From: the human T2T-CHM13v2.0 reference genome, Homo sapiens
DNA: 64,000 bases
Direction: 5' to 3' (one strand)
NCBI RefSeq assembly: GCF_009914755.1
Contig: NC_060942.1
Made by a program: the position numbers and the translations under genes. Below are positions 15,585 to 31,714 of the stretch, piece after piece; position 1 is the first letter of the stretch, and each line of letters begins with the position of its first letter. A model generated the notes under the pieces. The model ran no database searches and was not told where the DNA came from. It saw only the letters and a program-made list of their open reading frames with translations.

Positions 15585-15890
15585 GACTGGGTGTGGTGGC
15601 TCACGCCTGTAATCCCAACACTTTGGGAGGCTGAGGCTGGTGGATCACTTGAGATCAGGAGTTCGATACCAGCCTGGCCAACATGGTGAAACCCCATCTC
15701 TACTTAAAATACAAAACATTAGCCAGTCATGGTGGCACGCAGCTGTAGTCCCAGCTACTCCAGAGGCTGAGGCAGGAGAATCGCTTGAACCTGGGAGATG
15801 AGGTTGCAGTGAGCTGAGATCACACCACTGTACTCCAGCCTGGGCAAAAGAGCCAGACTCTGTCTCAAAAAAAAAAAAAAAAAAAAAAAA
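15585..15890 (+). mobile_element. Alu (AluS-like)
   Basis: Full dimer with poly-A. Confidence 0.93.
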
Positions 15891-16305
15891 GGAAGATGTC
15901 TCAAGTTCGTGTTTTTATAACTTTCTAATCCATTAAAAGGATTGAATGCTGTGCATCCACAGAGCAGACTGAGGACTCGGGAGGCACTCAGTTGATTTGA
16001 AACCCTTGCTGGTCCACGGGCCAACCTTGTGACCTTGGGCAAGTCATCTTCTCCTAGCTTCAGTTTCCACATTTGTAAAATTCATAAAGAGAGACTTCCC
16101 CAGGGATACTGCTGGATTCCATGAGATTATCCACATTATGTTCAGTCATTCTGAAAAGCAGTCAGGGTGCCCTGGGAGGAGCCTGGGAAGAACCCCTTTG
16201 CGGGAGGACCATGGGGCAGCGGGGAAGGGGAGACCATGGGCAATGGAGCCACACTAGCACTGCACTGGGGCACCTGCCCAGAATATGCAGGGGCTCAGGA
16301 AGCAT

Positions 16306-16458
16306 CTGCTCACAGAGAAGGTGAAGAGCGGTTTAATGAATGAAGCCATCGCTGAGCTGCTCACAGAGAAGGTGAAGAGTGGTTTAATGAATGAAGCCAT
16401 CGCTGAGCTGCTCACAGAGAAGGTGAAGAGCGGTTTAATGAATGAAGCCATCGCTGAG
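16306..16458. repeat. 51-bp minisatellite, 3 copies
   Basis: Unit ctgctcacagagaaggtgaagagcggtttaatgaatgaagccatcgctgag x3, one mismatch at 16380. Confidence 0.97.
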
Positions 16459-16664
16459 CAGCCTGCAAACGACCTTGCCTGGTGACCACCTACTCAGGTT
16501 CAGAAAACTAAAATGATCCTTGCTGCCCAAGAGCAGTCACCCTCGGATCCATCCAGCAATGAGTCGACACTCTTGCCAAGGTCTGGCAGTCTCGGCCCTT
16601 CCCACAGCCTTATGCCTTCCTTTGTTTGCAAGTCTGTTTCTTTCCCTGGAGATCTGTGCCGCCC

Positions 16665-16935
16665 CGGGCAGTAGCCACTGACTACACGTGGCCCTTGAGC
16701 ATGTGCAGCTGGGATGTGCTTTCAAAGACATGGCACTTTTTTTAAATGTAAAAAAATCCTATTCATAATTTTATGTTGATAATTCATTTTCATAATTAAG
16801 GTGTCTTAGGTTAAATATAACATATTATTAAAATAAATGTCACCCATTTCTTTTCATTTTTTTCACTGTGGCTACCAGAAAATTAAAATCGCACATGAGG
16901 CTCACCTTACACTTCTATTAGACAGTGCTGCACTA
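16665..16935. mobile_element. MER3/MER33-like hAT DNA transposon
   Basis: tagccactgactacacgtggcc...tgtggctaccagaaaattaaaatcgcacatg...ttctattagacagtgctg. Confidence 0.6.
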
Positions 16936-18289
16936 GACATCAAGTGTTGAGGGCAGAGATTGCTTCGCTCTTTCTTGATTCCCTGGAGCTCCGGCCCATG
17001 GCACTATGCCTGACTGCCCTAGTATTTTTCATCCTGCGGACCCATCAGCAATGGACCTGAACAGTTCTCCTCCATGATCTCTCATGGTGTTGTTTCTACT
17101 GTCCCTAAACTCAGGGCTTACTGCTTCTGTTTCTTCAAAATCCTCCTCCCTGGCATATGATCTAGTAAAGAACCCCAGAAACGCAGAATCACAGGCTTGG
17201 AGTGTGAACGTAATACCTTTCCCACCGCTGCTGAATCCTCTTCATATTTCTTGCTTTGCGGATGAGATTGCAAATGCACCCGTCTCCCAGTGATTTTTCT
17301 CTGTTCTGATTCTTGTCAATGATGCAACACAGAAATGAAACAAGAATATATGCCAACCATGAATAGTCTTCTCATCTCATACAGACAGCCCTGCTCATGG
17401 CTTAGATTTAAAGTCCAAAAATTAAAAGTAGAAGAGCCATTTCTTAGTCTCCAGCTCCTGCGTTCAGTTGCTCTGAAAGGCCGTGGGGAGGTTGGATTGA
17501 TAACAATGTGTGCAGCTGATGGGTATTTAGACTAAAAATTAAAGCCAGAGTGAAGTTTCTGGGAGCCCAAGTTTTGATCAATCACAGAATAGAATCCCCA
17601 TGACTCTCATTATAAAGCTACTTTTCTTTTTTTTCCTCTACTGAGATTTACTCTGACTAGTTGCTGAATTTCCATCGCCTAATTTTTAAAGCAAACGTAA
17701 GTCTTCCTAACATTTATCACAGAATGCTATCTCTGTGGTTTCCCACCGTAAAACAGAATCTCAAACTACCTCTTATCTAATTCCTATCAAAAGCCTAAAC
17801 AAGAGAAAACACACTTATAGAGGATTATTTGGAAGATACATAATCTATCCACTTCCCTAAGAAATCCATGCATTCTACATTTGAATTAAGTCAGATTATC
17901 GTTAGTCTAAATACACAAATGATCATTTCAGCTTAAGTTTCACCTAACAATACCTTCAAGAGATGCATTTTTATACCATGCCCTCAGCATGTGTAAGAGA
18001 TCATTTCAAGAAAAAAGTCCAGGAAATTCATTGCTGCATTGCTACAAAAATGTTAACGTATGATTTGCTAGCTATGTGTTCTCAGACTCCCTTATAAATC
18101 CCAAGTAGAGAATTGTTTTAGTGTCAGCTTGAAGAAAAGTTCATAATCGTCTGTATTTTCCCTTAAATAAAAAATACCGTGTAACTGTTTCAGTATTGCG
18201 TAGTTTAAAATCTGCCCAAAAAATAATAATAATAATAATAATAACCTGGATCCTGGATTCAAGAGATCTACCAAACTTATATAAGAAAC

Positions 18290-21200
18290 AAACGATTAGT
18301 ATCTGAATAAAATCTTTTAGATAACAGAAAAAGAGGGAAGATTTATTATCTCATTTCTAAAACTAAATAAAATCACCCCCAGAAAGGGACAAAACAAAGA
18401 AAAAAACTGCAGGCCAGTCTCACTGTTAAACATAGATGCAGAAGTCTTAAACAAAATGTTAGCAAAATAAATCCATCACTGAACAAAAGGGCTAATACAT
18501 GGAGTTCAAGCCATTTCAACATTAGGATATCTGTTAAGGTAACTTCAAATGAATGGTTTGTGAAAGCAGAAAACCATCTGATTATCTCAATAGATCTGAG
18601 GGAAATACTAAAATTTAAAAACATTTATAAACTTAAAAACAAACTCATAGAAAGCTTAAAATAAAGAAAAACTTTGTTATCCCAATTAAAGAGTATACCA
18701 CAGATCTTCAATGTTAAAACAGCAAAAAGATTTGCTTTAAAATCTGGAAGAAGACAAAGACACCTGCTTGTGCTACTAGTCAACATTTTACTGGTGGCCC
18801 CAGCCACGGAAAGAAGAAAGAAAAGGAAGGAGGGAGGGAGGGAGGGAAGGAAGGAGGGAAAAGAAAAGAGAAAGAAAGGAAGGAAGGAAAGAAAGAAAGA
18901 GAAAGGAAAGAAAGGAAGGAAGGAAGAGAGAAAGAAAGGAAGGAAGGAAAGAGCGCAAGAGGGAGGGAGGGAAGAAAGGAAGGAAGGAGAAAGAGAAAGA
19001 AAGAAAGGGAGGGAGGGAAAGAAAAAGAAAAAAGAAAAAGAAAAGAGAGAGAGAGAAAGGAAGGAGGGCGGGAGGAAGGAAGGAAAAGAGAAAGTTAATG
19101 ACAAACTCATTATTTTTTATTTATATGACTGTCCACAAAGGAAAAGCCCTTGGAACTAGTAGGAGAGCATAGACCTGTTGCTAGATACAAGGCAAATGTG
19201 TCAAAGATGACAGCTTTCCTATGGACCAACACAATCTAAGGGAGAATTGTAATGGATAAATAACCACTGTTGTCTATAGCATCAAAAAATGTTTAAAAAT
19301 CTAAGCATAAGAAATGTACAAAAACTACTTGAAGAAAACTATAGACTTTCTTGAAGGATCTTTTCAACAGCCCAATTAAATGGAGAAATGTACCATGTTC
19401 TTAGGGAGAAAGATATAATGTTGTGTTTAAAAGTGACCTTTCCTTCCAAATAATGTAACAATAAATATTACTTCCAATGACATTCCCAAAGCAATTTGTT
19501 TTTATAAAACTTGATACATCTATTTTAAAAATTAATTGGAAGGGTAAAAAAAATTAAAAGCAATGAAGATAGAACTCAAACATAGTCTGATAATAATTAA
19601 ATGTATTTTCTTCATTTAAGAAGACAAGTAGGCCCATGGAATAAAAAATAAAATTCTGAGAAAGACATATTTATATATGGGAATTTATAACATGTTAAAA
19701 GTGGCACTTCAACTAGTGGGGGGAAAAATTAGGACAATTATCTGTCTCTCTGGGAAAACATAAAACTAAATTTCTGCCTCTTCCCATTCCCAGAAGTGAA
19801 TCCTAGATGGAAACAAGTGCCACATATAATAATTTTATATTACATAAGTAAACTTACTTAAGCAACACAAATTAACCCATTTTAGAACTAAGAGTTTTGA
19901 CTACCTATTTTTTAAGTTCTATGTAAAAAATTATTTTAAAAATTTAAAGACATAAAATGTATCAAAAATCTTCCCACTAAAAGAACTCAGCCCCAGAGAG
20001 TTTAATCAGTGAATTCTATCAAATTTTGAAAGGATAAATTGTATGTGAGCTTTTATAGAAAATAAAATAGGTGGGAACACTTCCAAGTGTATTTTATTAA
20101 GCTATTATAACACTAATTTTAAAGAACCTGACAATGATGTGCAACATATAGAACAAACTAAGAATTATAATATATACAACATTCCTAAAAATCATTTAGA
20201 ATAAAGACAACCCAGCGAAAAAATTAATATAGGCCACGAACACAGAGTTTACACACACACAAATCTCTAAAGTACAAAAAGATGGTCATCTTCACCAGTA
20301 ACTACAAAAATACAAAGGAAAACAATAATAAGATAAAAAACCCACTATCTATCATATTGGAAACCATTTTTTAAAGTGACAGCAGCCAGTGCCATGGTGG
20401 CAAGAAGAAATGGGCGTGCTTGTGAACTGTGGAAGCCTGCCTGGGGAGAAGGAGAGTGAGAATGTCTATCAGAAATGTAAATAGACTTAGACTTAGAAGC
20501 AGTCATTAATGTATATCAGTCTATACATCTAAAATAAATCATGTAAGTACAAAATAATGAAATAGTGAAGGTAAGAGCAGAAGTTAACAGAAAACAATGG
20601 AGAAAATGAACAAACCAAAAACTTGTTCTGCATTAAGAATCCATAAATGTGATAAACTCCTCACTATATTGATCAAGAAAAAAGAAAGCAAACACAATCC
20701 ACCAATAACAACGAAAAAGATGTCATCACTGTAACTCCCACAGATGTTAAAAGAATAGATAACAAGAGAATGTTATGAACTTAATGCCAAGAAATTTTGG
20801 GGCAAGATAGTCAAAATGAACACATTCTTTGAAAAATACAATTTACCAAAATTGACTCAAAAAATTAAAAAGAAATATAAACAGCTTTATAAGTGTTAAA
20901 TGAATTTATCACAAACTTTCCCACCAAAAAAACTCAAGCCCCAGAGAGTTTAATCAGTGAATTCTCAAACTTTCAAAGAATGAATTGAACATGAACTGTA
21001 ATAGAAAATAAAGGAGGTGGGAACACTTCCAAGTGTAATTTATTAGGCCATTATAGCACTAATTTTAAAGAACCTGACAAACATCGCAGAAAAAGAAAAT
21101 TACAGACTAGTGTCTTTCATAAACATAGACACAGAATTTTTTAACAAAATACTTGCAAATCAAATCTAATAAACTATAAAAATAGTAATACAAAATGACC

Positions 21201-21490
21201 AACTAGGGTTTTTCCCAGGAAAGCAAGTTTGCTTTAACTCTGTAAAGTCGATCAACAGAATTCACAATGTTAGCAGTTATGTAACACAGAAAAAGTATTT
21301 ACCAAAATCCAATACCCATTCATGATATTTGCCAAACTAGGTATGAAAGGGAACCTCTTCAATTTGATTAAGAGCATCTTTCTAAAAAATCTACAGATAA
21401 CATCACAGTTAATGGTAAAACACTGAACGCTGGCTCCCTCAGGTTGAGAAACAGTCCAGTATTTCCAGTCTCACCACATCTGTTCCATTT
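18290..21490 (+). mobile_element. Fragmented old L1 (L1M) ORF2 pieces
   Basis: Degenerate L1 ORF2 motifs; interrupted by a GA-rich repeat; boundaries approximate. Confidence 0.75.
18810..19092. repeat. (GGAA/GAAA)n purine-rich low-complexity tract
   Basis: Seen directly. Confidence 0.95.
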
Positions 21491-23371
21491 CACCTCTGTC
21501 CCCTGAGAAGCCCCTTCAACAAGAGCACTGGGATGCTCGTATGATTTGATGCCCCCATCTCAGGCTCACAAGGGTTGAATAAGTTGGCAAAAACACAGGA
21601 TTTAAAGCTGCTTCTGTCAAACTCCTGGGCCTGTCATCTTAACCACTACCAGTGTTGCTCAGCTGCTTCTAGAAATAGTAAGGATTTTCTTTTTTTAGAG
21701 CAAAACTGATGAAAGAAAGTATCTAATTTTACCTCTCTAAGGTCGAAAAAGGTTTCAGCTCTCTCCAACACAAATAGCACACACACCCCTCAGGCACCTG
21801 GCAATATTTTTTAAATCCCTCTAGAAATAACTATTCCTTTGAAGGGACCATTTTCAGTGATGAGTCACCCCTTCAGTCTCCCTGGGTTTAATAATAGCAA
21901 AACCTGTTGGAAGTTAAAGGGGAAGGGGAAGGTGGGAGGCAGACAGAAGGAAGAGCCATCAAGGGCATCAGCCAGACAGCCGGGGGAGCTGCTGAAATGT
22001 TCTCATCTTCTTCTCCTCTTATTGTCATATTCCTTTTATGTCTTAATCTCTCTAATGGGGGTTAATACCAAAGGCCTGTTTCTGATTCTACGATCAAAAG
22101 GAGAGATAAGGGAGGAAGTTCTTCCTTTATGCTGTGCTATGAAGGATGTGGTTATAGGGTCTGTGAAAGTAGGCAGACCAAAAAAACAGTAAGATGTCAG
22201 GAAGCATCCTGGTAGAACCTCCCGGCAGGACCATCAAGCATGCTGGAGGGGCAGGGAGGAAGTATAAGGGACGCTTGGGGCCTGTGGTCCACCAGCAAGC
22301 CGAAAGCCAGAGAGAACCAAAATCATCCCCACCAGAACCATCTGCCAATTCTCAGAACTTCCCGAGGCACCACAGTGTCCCATGGGAAGATTTTAACATC
22401 TCACCGCATTACAGACAAGAATCTTGGAATGACAGATCCAGATAGAACACTGTGTAAAGATATTCCTCAAATATCTTCCTCCAGCCTCGGGATCTCCTCC
22501 TTTAGATCCACCATAGATGCTGTATTACACGTTTCTGATGGAGAAGAAAACTGAAATGAAAGCCACATGCATGCCTAAAAAAATTATTTCTCTCCTTATA
22601 TTATATGCTGAATTTTTAATTTCAGTTTTATGAATGAGAAACATAAACCTGACTTCAGGAAAAATTTGTGTTGATCCGGAATGGAGGTGGTGTTTTGCCG
22701 TAAAAATATACATGTATACCATTTGCCATTCAGAATTACATAACCACATCTCTTTTTTTTTTTCAAAAAAAAAAAAGGAGAATGTAGACAACTTTGTTGA
22801 ACAGTCAGGCATTATTTTATTTAATTCTCACAACATCTTTATGAGGTAGGTGTGATCATTCTCATTACTCAGAAGAGAATGTAAACAGTCGGTTTTCTCA
22901 AAATCATGCAGCCAGTGAGGGGAAAGCCAGGATTCAAGCTTGGGACTGTGTGACACTAAAACTGAGCTCTTTTTACCTCCTAGAAAGAGATAAAAGTCAG
23001 AAATATCACCTTGGGAAAGTAGGCAGTGTATACAACCAGGAGACTTAATTTAAGCTACCTTTGAGGAAATGCAGGAGGAGGGGGCTGTACTCAGGGGAAG
23101 GCCCCCTAGGAAGCTGCTGGGGCGGGGGAAGGATGAGAACAAGGGCCTGCCATCATTGAGGATGTGAAGACATCACTGGAGTTAGACGCACTGCTCTAAT
23201 CACCACACACTTCCATCCCTGATTCATTACAGAACTGACACCAGATAAACTCTCCCAGGGCCTCCTGAAGTGGACAGCGCCTTCAGGTGGAAGCCTAAAC
23301 AACAAGATGGGTGTGCAGAGCAGCTGTCCTCAGCCCTGACCAATCTCTGTGGGGTATTTGATTCTCCATTG

Positions 23372-23480
23372 CAGTGATTCTCAAAGTGTGGACTCCAGAC
23401 CCAGAGCAAAAATCCCCTGGGAGATTGCTGGAATCAAAATTTCTCAGGCCTAACCCCAGGTCTCCTGAATCCAGATCCTA
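23372..23480. mobile_element. MER5A-like fragment
   Basis: cagtgattctcaaagtgtgg...aatttctcaggcctaaccccagg. Confidence 0.65.
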
Positions 23481-25496
23481 GCTGTCCCAGTGGTGAAGTT
23501 GTATGGTAAAGACTGAGAGCTGCTGCTTCATGGCCTCCCCCACGCATAGCACACAGCATTCTCCCTGTAAATATTGAATGAACGAACAAATGGTTATTTT
23601 TGCTATAGCACAGCGCAACCACATGCCCCCATCATGAGCACCGAGGCCAGCCAGCAGAAGTGCCCCAGAGTAAGCAGTCATAAAAGCCAGTTCCCTAACA
23701 GTGCAGAGGGGCCCATAGTCCCTGACAGGAGGCTTGGCCCCTCACGGTGAGGAAGCCTCCCCAGCCTCACTCCACGTCCACTGTATTCACTTCCCTCACT
23801 GAGCTTATTTTGCTTCCTAGGATTTTGGCCCTTTGTGGGGGACCTCTTTTAGCCTCTTGAATATTGTTAATTTGATCAAGTTTGTGTTTGTATCCCTTGG
23901 TGAAAATATGCCAAAGTTTTTGGTTTGCTTTTATTTTATTAATGTCCCTGTCTCGCTGTGCACGTCGTAGATGGTGTCTGTTTATAACAGAACTTCCTAG
24001 AATGAGAGGCAGACACAGGTCCAACAAGTCTCTATCCAAGCTGGTCCTGAGGAATGAGGATCTCAGTAGACCAGTGCCCTCCCTGAGACAAACGTGGCCA
24101 GTCACCTGTGAAAGCCTTATGGCCCTGCACCTCCACCTGCTCTCCTGCATGAGGCTTTTGCGATTGGAGAGATCCACTCCCTGAAATTATGCCCTGAGTC
24201 TCTGACTGCCAGGTTAGTGACAGGAGAGCGCTAAATCATCTCGACCGAGGAGGCTGGGGCACAGGTAAACAAGCGACATCTGTGACACGCGGATGACTTG
24301 TCCATCACGGGAGTGATTCGGGGTCGATGTCGGCCACTGGCGGGCGGGACACGGGCTCCTGACACATTTTCTCATTATAACCCGGAGTCTTGTGTTATCT
24401 TTGGGAATAATACAATTTCACAATGAATATTTTAGAACTGCAGTGGACACTTCAGAAAAATTTTGAATCCACTTAAGAGGCACTATAGGACAAAAGGGGC
24501 CCAGGATCTCTAACACCCACTGGTTAGCACACTGTGGTATGAGGAGACTTCAGAAAGAAATGAGGATCCCGAAATTGCATCTTTAACAAATTCCTTGAGG
24601 GGACAGACACCAGCCCTTCTTGGTTTTACCTGCCTACGTCTCCCTCTGTCTTCCACACTTGTCCTCTGCCTTTGGCTCTGTCATCCCTTCCAGCCCTTCC
24701 CTATCTTGCCAGTCCATCTGAACCACCTTAAAGCTAAACAAGCTGACAGGGAGCCCTTAAAAGTAGACTTTAATCCATGGGCTAGGCCAAAATTAAGAGG
24801 CATAATCAAAGACTTTCCTAAGTCTAAAAAAGATAATAGTCCACCAAGAGTAGCTCAGAAAAGCTGTAACCCCAACTGGCAGACACATCAAGTAGCCTGC
24901 AAGCTGGCAGGCCTTTAAGATGCAAAAGCCTTGATGGAAAGGTTCACTGTAGAGGACATCAAGGGCAGTGGTTCCATGGAGCAGCTAACGGGTTCAACAG
25001 GGTTGCCAAGATAGGACCAGCTTTCTTATGGGTTATACAAGACAACAAACTTGTAAAGATTCCCTGAGGTTTTCAGTTTTGTAAGCAGAGGGCCGATGAA
25101 GCCATTGGAGGTTGGTAAGCATATTTACATACTCAGGCATAGACTCTGATGTCAGAGGGACCACAGCTTAGACATTTCTATTTGTCAATTGCTTAAAACC
25201 TGAAATCAGAGATTTTATTAGATTAAACTTGAGGACAGGAAATTACCCCCTTTGAAATTCAACTACAGCATCTGAAAGAATGTTTTGACAGTGTAAAAGA
25301 TTAAAAATAAGCCACAACTCAAAATTACCTTTAAAGTCTCCAAATCAAACAGTTATATGCCCTAACATGTAGAAATAATTGCTTAACCCCACAGTAGGAG
25401 AATGTCCCAGATAAAGACTCTTGCAGATACTTCAAGCAAAGTGCCATTGAAAAGATTATTGGACGTGAAAGATAAGAAACTGAAGTAGAAAAATAT

Positions 25497-26165
<669 letters not shown>

Positions 26166-26171
26166 AGAGCT

Positions 26172-26298
26172 AGGGGAGGGGAGGGGAAGGGAGGGGAGGG
26201 GAGGTGGAGGGAGGGGAAGAGAGGGGAGGGGGAGGGGAGGGGGAGGGGGAGGGGGATGGGGAGGGGGAGGGGGATGGGGAGGGGGAGGGAAGGAAAGG
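26172..26298 (+). repeat. (GGGGA/GGGGGA)n G-rich repeat
   Basis: Many consecutive G3-G6 runs. Confidence 0.95.
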
Positions 26299-28480
26299 AT
26301 GCCCACACAGGAGAGAAATAAGTGTCTAGCTCCCCCCACTGTTGTACAGCCCAGGTGATGGACATCTTCCATGATCCCCAAACTCTCCATGCCTAAGCCT
26401 CTAACTGACCCTCTTGGACATTTCCTCCTTCTTTGTGATACCAGGCCTGCTGATTTAATTGAGATTTACTGTGTTCATGGGATTACCAGAAGACTGGTAT
26501 GTCTGAAGATTTCTTCCCTGAAACCTGAAGATGCAAATTGTAGTTATTTGAAATACTAGCCTACCAATGTCCTTATATTTAAATAATATATATTTATTAA
26601 ATCACATTTTTATATGTATATATATATATTTAAAACGAAGATTGAATAATTCTATAAGGATCTAGACTCCCATGAGTGAAGAGTTCCACTGACTGGCAGA
26701 AGCACTGGTGCCAAGGCCATTACAGCCCGAACCCTTACAGAACCCTTTAAACTGAAATTTACAGGGAGATGGAAAATCATAGAGGAAGATCAGATGGGTA
26801 GAAACCTAATCATCTTTGTACCAGTCCTTGTTGCACTCCTTTCTTTGGAGTTAAAACAGCCAGCAGATAATGCCATCAATTACCCAGCATATCACAGCTA
26901 TAAAATAGCCTTACCTGTGATACCAAACCCCAATATCCTCCTACCCTAGGTACCAAGTTCTCTTATTTCACAGTTGTACTTCCCTGTACGGATCTTTGCT
27001 TTCTCCAGGATTCCTCTAAATTAGAACAGCCAATTTCTCTTTATTTTCTTCCTTGGAAGGTCAACGATATAACTGCAAATTGTGCCTCAGGATTCCACAG
27101 AAGACTTTTATTGCTTTTCATAAATCCTTAACCAAGACCTTAATCAGTTGCTTCAATGGGTTCTTATTTTTTCTTGAACTACTACATTTCTATACAACTT
27201 CACTAAGCTCATAGTATCAGGGCCCTTCCACTGGAAACCTAACCATGAGTGGGCATTTTGGGATTTAAAATTAGCTCTTTAACAGCTCCCTATAAGAAAT
27301 CTACCTAATCATTATAATGTATCCAGTTGTTTGTACACAAACATTCTGGACAAGCCTGTGGGGCTTTCACTCAGCCTTATGAGTGTGACAGAGACCAACA
27401 GCTTACTACAACTTTTCCCTGATGGAAAAGGCATTTCTGCCTGGTTGCAGAGCAGTGGCAGCATCAGCTAAGCACGTAGAGACCTAGGATCGCCTCAGAG
27501 CATAGTTGTCCCTGGTGGTATATATAATCATTGCCACTCATGGGGAAAATTCATCACTTTCAGCAAGCAGAAGCACCTCATGTGAACTCTCATCATGCCT
27601 GGACATCTGTTATGCTTCTACTGGTAGAAGGAAAAACTCACAGTTGCTAATGTCTTCTTGGGAACTTTCCAGGCCTTAAATAAATTTCTTACAGACTCTC
27701 ATAGAAAATCTAGATCAAATATCATTTGTTGATAGATACATCTGAAATTGGATTTTCGGTTCTAAGAAACCCATGAGGGTATCAATTTGTCCTGGTCCTC
27801 AGGACTGGCATTTCATAACACGTCACAACTCATCTCTAGAGTGTCACCTCTTACCAGAGGCAAAAGCAATCCAAATGATGGAGCTCAACACACTCATTAA
27901 AGCCTGTCACTGTGGCTCAGGATAAAAGGATTGATGTATACACTGACAGCAGGCACACTTATAGGGAGACACACGAGTTGGGGAAGCTCTGGAAATAGAT
28001 CAGAGGGAAGCCCAATTAAAAATGGTCACCAGATTGATGAACTCCTAAATACCGGGATGCTCCCTAAAGCAGATGCCATTATAAAGGTAGAAGCACACAC
28101 AAAGGAGTGTATTTAGAGGTGAAACGAGATGCTCTGGGCAGCACGATGCTAGGCGGGCAGTCCTCCCTACAGCTAGGCCTGCTAACACAACACACAAGTG
28201 AATTATTTGACAGGATCACAGACTACTGTGTGATATCAAAAATTGGTTCCAGAGTCAGACAAAAAGATATCGGTAATAATGTGGCTCTGTATTGTATGAG
28301 GGTAATCTCTCCCACTCTTGCATTAGCCTTCTGGTGGTGCCATAGAACTTCACAAATGGAGCCTTACAAACATTATATGTAAAATTACCCACCAGAGTAA
28401 GGTGTACCTAACTCTGGTAGGGAGACTGCTACATTTGTGGAGTGAGTACCTAATGCATATCTCATTTGTCACCAACATGA

Positions 28481-29017
<537 letters not shown>

Positions 29018-29075
29018 ATCATCTTTAATTTTCAGGAGAATTCTAGAATTCTAGAGGACAAATATTAATTTAAAA

Positions 29076-29905
29076 GCTATTTATTTAACTCCCCTTTTTG
29101 TGGGACTTGGCATTATAGCCAGTATGGGAACCAGAATTGCTGAAATCACAAAAGCCTCCTTAGCCTATACCCAAATCTCAAAGGAAATAACCAACAACAT
29201 TGATGCCATCGCTAAAACCGTAACAAACATGCAAGAACAAATCGACTCTTTAGCAGCTGTAGTCCTCCGAAATCACTGAGGACTAAATATATTAACAGCA
29301 GCACGGGGAAGAATTTGTTTAGCCTTAGATGAAAAATACCCCTTTTGGGTAAATCAACCAAGAAAAGTACAAGATGACATCAGACAAATCCTAAATCAAC
29401 CCTTCAATTTACGGGAACAAGCCTCTCAGGGTTGGTTAAATTGGAAAGGAACCTGGAAATGGTTCTCCTGGGTTCTTCCCTTTTTAGGCCCACTTGTCAG
29501 TCTCCTACTTTTTCTACTTTCTGGTTTTCTAAATATTTCATGTTTTCTAAATCTAATAACCTGGTCTGCTGTTCAGGCCATCAAGCTCCAGATGATCCTC
29601 AGTGGATCCTCAGAGGATGGATCCAGATACCATCCTCTCAATATTCAAGAATCACCCTCTACAGAAGACCCCTAGACTGCCCATCAGTGGGACATGACAG
29701 AGGTGAAACCCTGCGCTATTTCCCTTGGCCCTGGCTGGATACTGCTTTTACCAACCCATGGAGCCACCCTGCCCTGACAGCTAGCAAGAGGCCAAGACCC
29801 TCAGAACGACAACCACTGCCCCTCTGTCAGCAGGAAGCAGTTACAGAAGACTGACCTTCATCCGTTTTCCCAAAGAGTTGGGTCTGGGGCTCTTGAGGGG
29901 GGAAA
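29076..29905 (+). pseudogene. HERV-FRD/MER50-type env TM remnant (syncytin-2-like) plus 3' region and PPT
   Basis: Translates AIYLTPLFVGLGIIASMGTRIAEITKASLAYTQISKEITNNIDAIAKTVTNMQEQIDSLAAVVLRNH*GLNILTAARGRICLALDEKYPFWVNQ...GWLNWKGTWKWFSWVLP, closely like recalled ERVFRD-1 TM; TGA at 29277-29279. Confidence 0.85.
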
Positions 29906-30907
<1,002 letters not shown>

Positions 30908-31019
30908 ACTCTGTTCACAATAGGACTTATGCCTCTATCCTTAATGCTGTGATTTATATTCCCTTCTTAGTGTAGGTATAATGCTCGGCTATAACTCACT
31001 TGATTTATCTAAAACATAC

Positions 31020-31372
31020 TGAGGCAGGAAAATAGGGTCTGGAGGCAGGGAGCATAATAAGGCCGATTCACACTTCAGCTATAACAGGAAATATCCTCTC
31101 TATACGGCATATGTCGTAAACAGCTCTGTAACTTCATCCTCTCCATTTACATAGGGTGTACCCCAAGTAACCAATGGAATCCTCTAGGGGGTATTTAAAC
31201 TCCCCAAAATTCTGTAATAGGGCCTTGAGCTCCTATGCCCAGACCTCTCCCACAATGTGAAGTGTATTTTCATTTTCAATAAAACTCTTCATTCCTTCCT
31301 TGCTTTGTTTGTGCATTTTGTCCAATTCTTTGTTCAAGATGCCAAGAACCCGGACACCCTCCACCATTAGCA
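31020..31372 (+). mobile_element. MER61-like solo LTR
   Basis: tgaggcaggaaaatagggtctggaggcaggg start, CA end, 4-bp TSD ATAC. Confidence 0.85.
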
Positions 31373-31714
31373 ATACCATTGAGCCATCTGTTGGGTTTGG
31401 ACTCACTTTCATTTGGGCAGTAGCCACTTTTTAATTGGCACCAATTTTCCTCTGGGTGCCACACAATACCCTTTAGTTATTTAAAGGAATCAGTCTGTTT
31501 CCTACATAATTGGACACAGCTACTATGTAACATTTCATATGGCAAAGAGCACAACAGACCAGATAGCCGAAAGCCCAAATCCCTTCTCAACTGCGAGAGA
31601 GACTTCTACCTTTACAGGATCTAGCCAAACTTTCATAGAAATAAAACTTAGGAACTAAGAAATGAAGGACAAGTAGAAGATGCTTCATTTTTATAAACCC
31701 TACAACCCTACAGT

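Noticed and set aside
16306-16458. CRISPR-like repeat array
   Set aside because: Head-to-tail units with no spacers, in a primate genome.
18625-19159. 161-aa ORFs on both strands
   Set aside because: Produced by the GA-rich simple repeat within L1.
29076-29560. Functional syncytin-like gene
   Set aside because: No SU or signal peptide, in-frame stop, and CX6CC cysteines lost.
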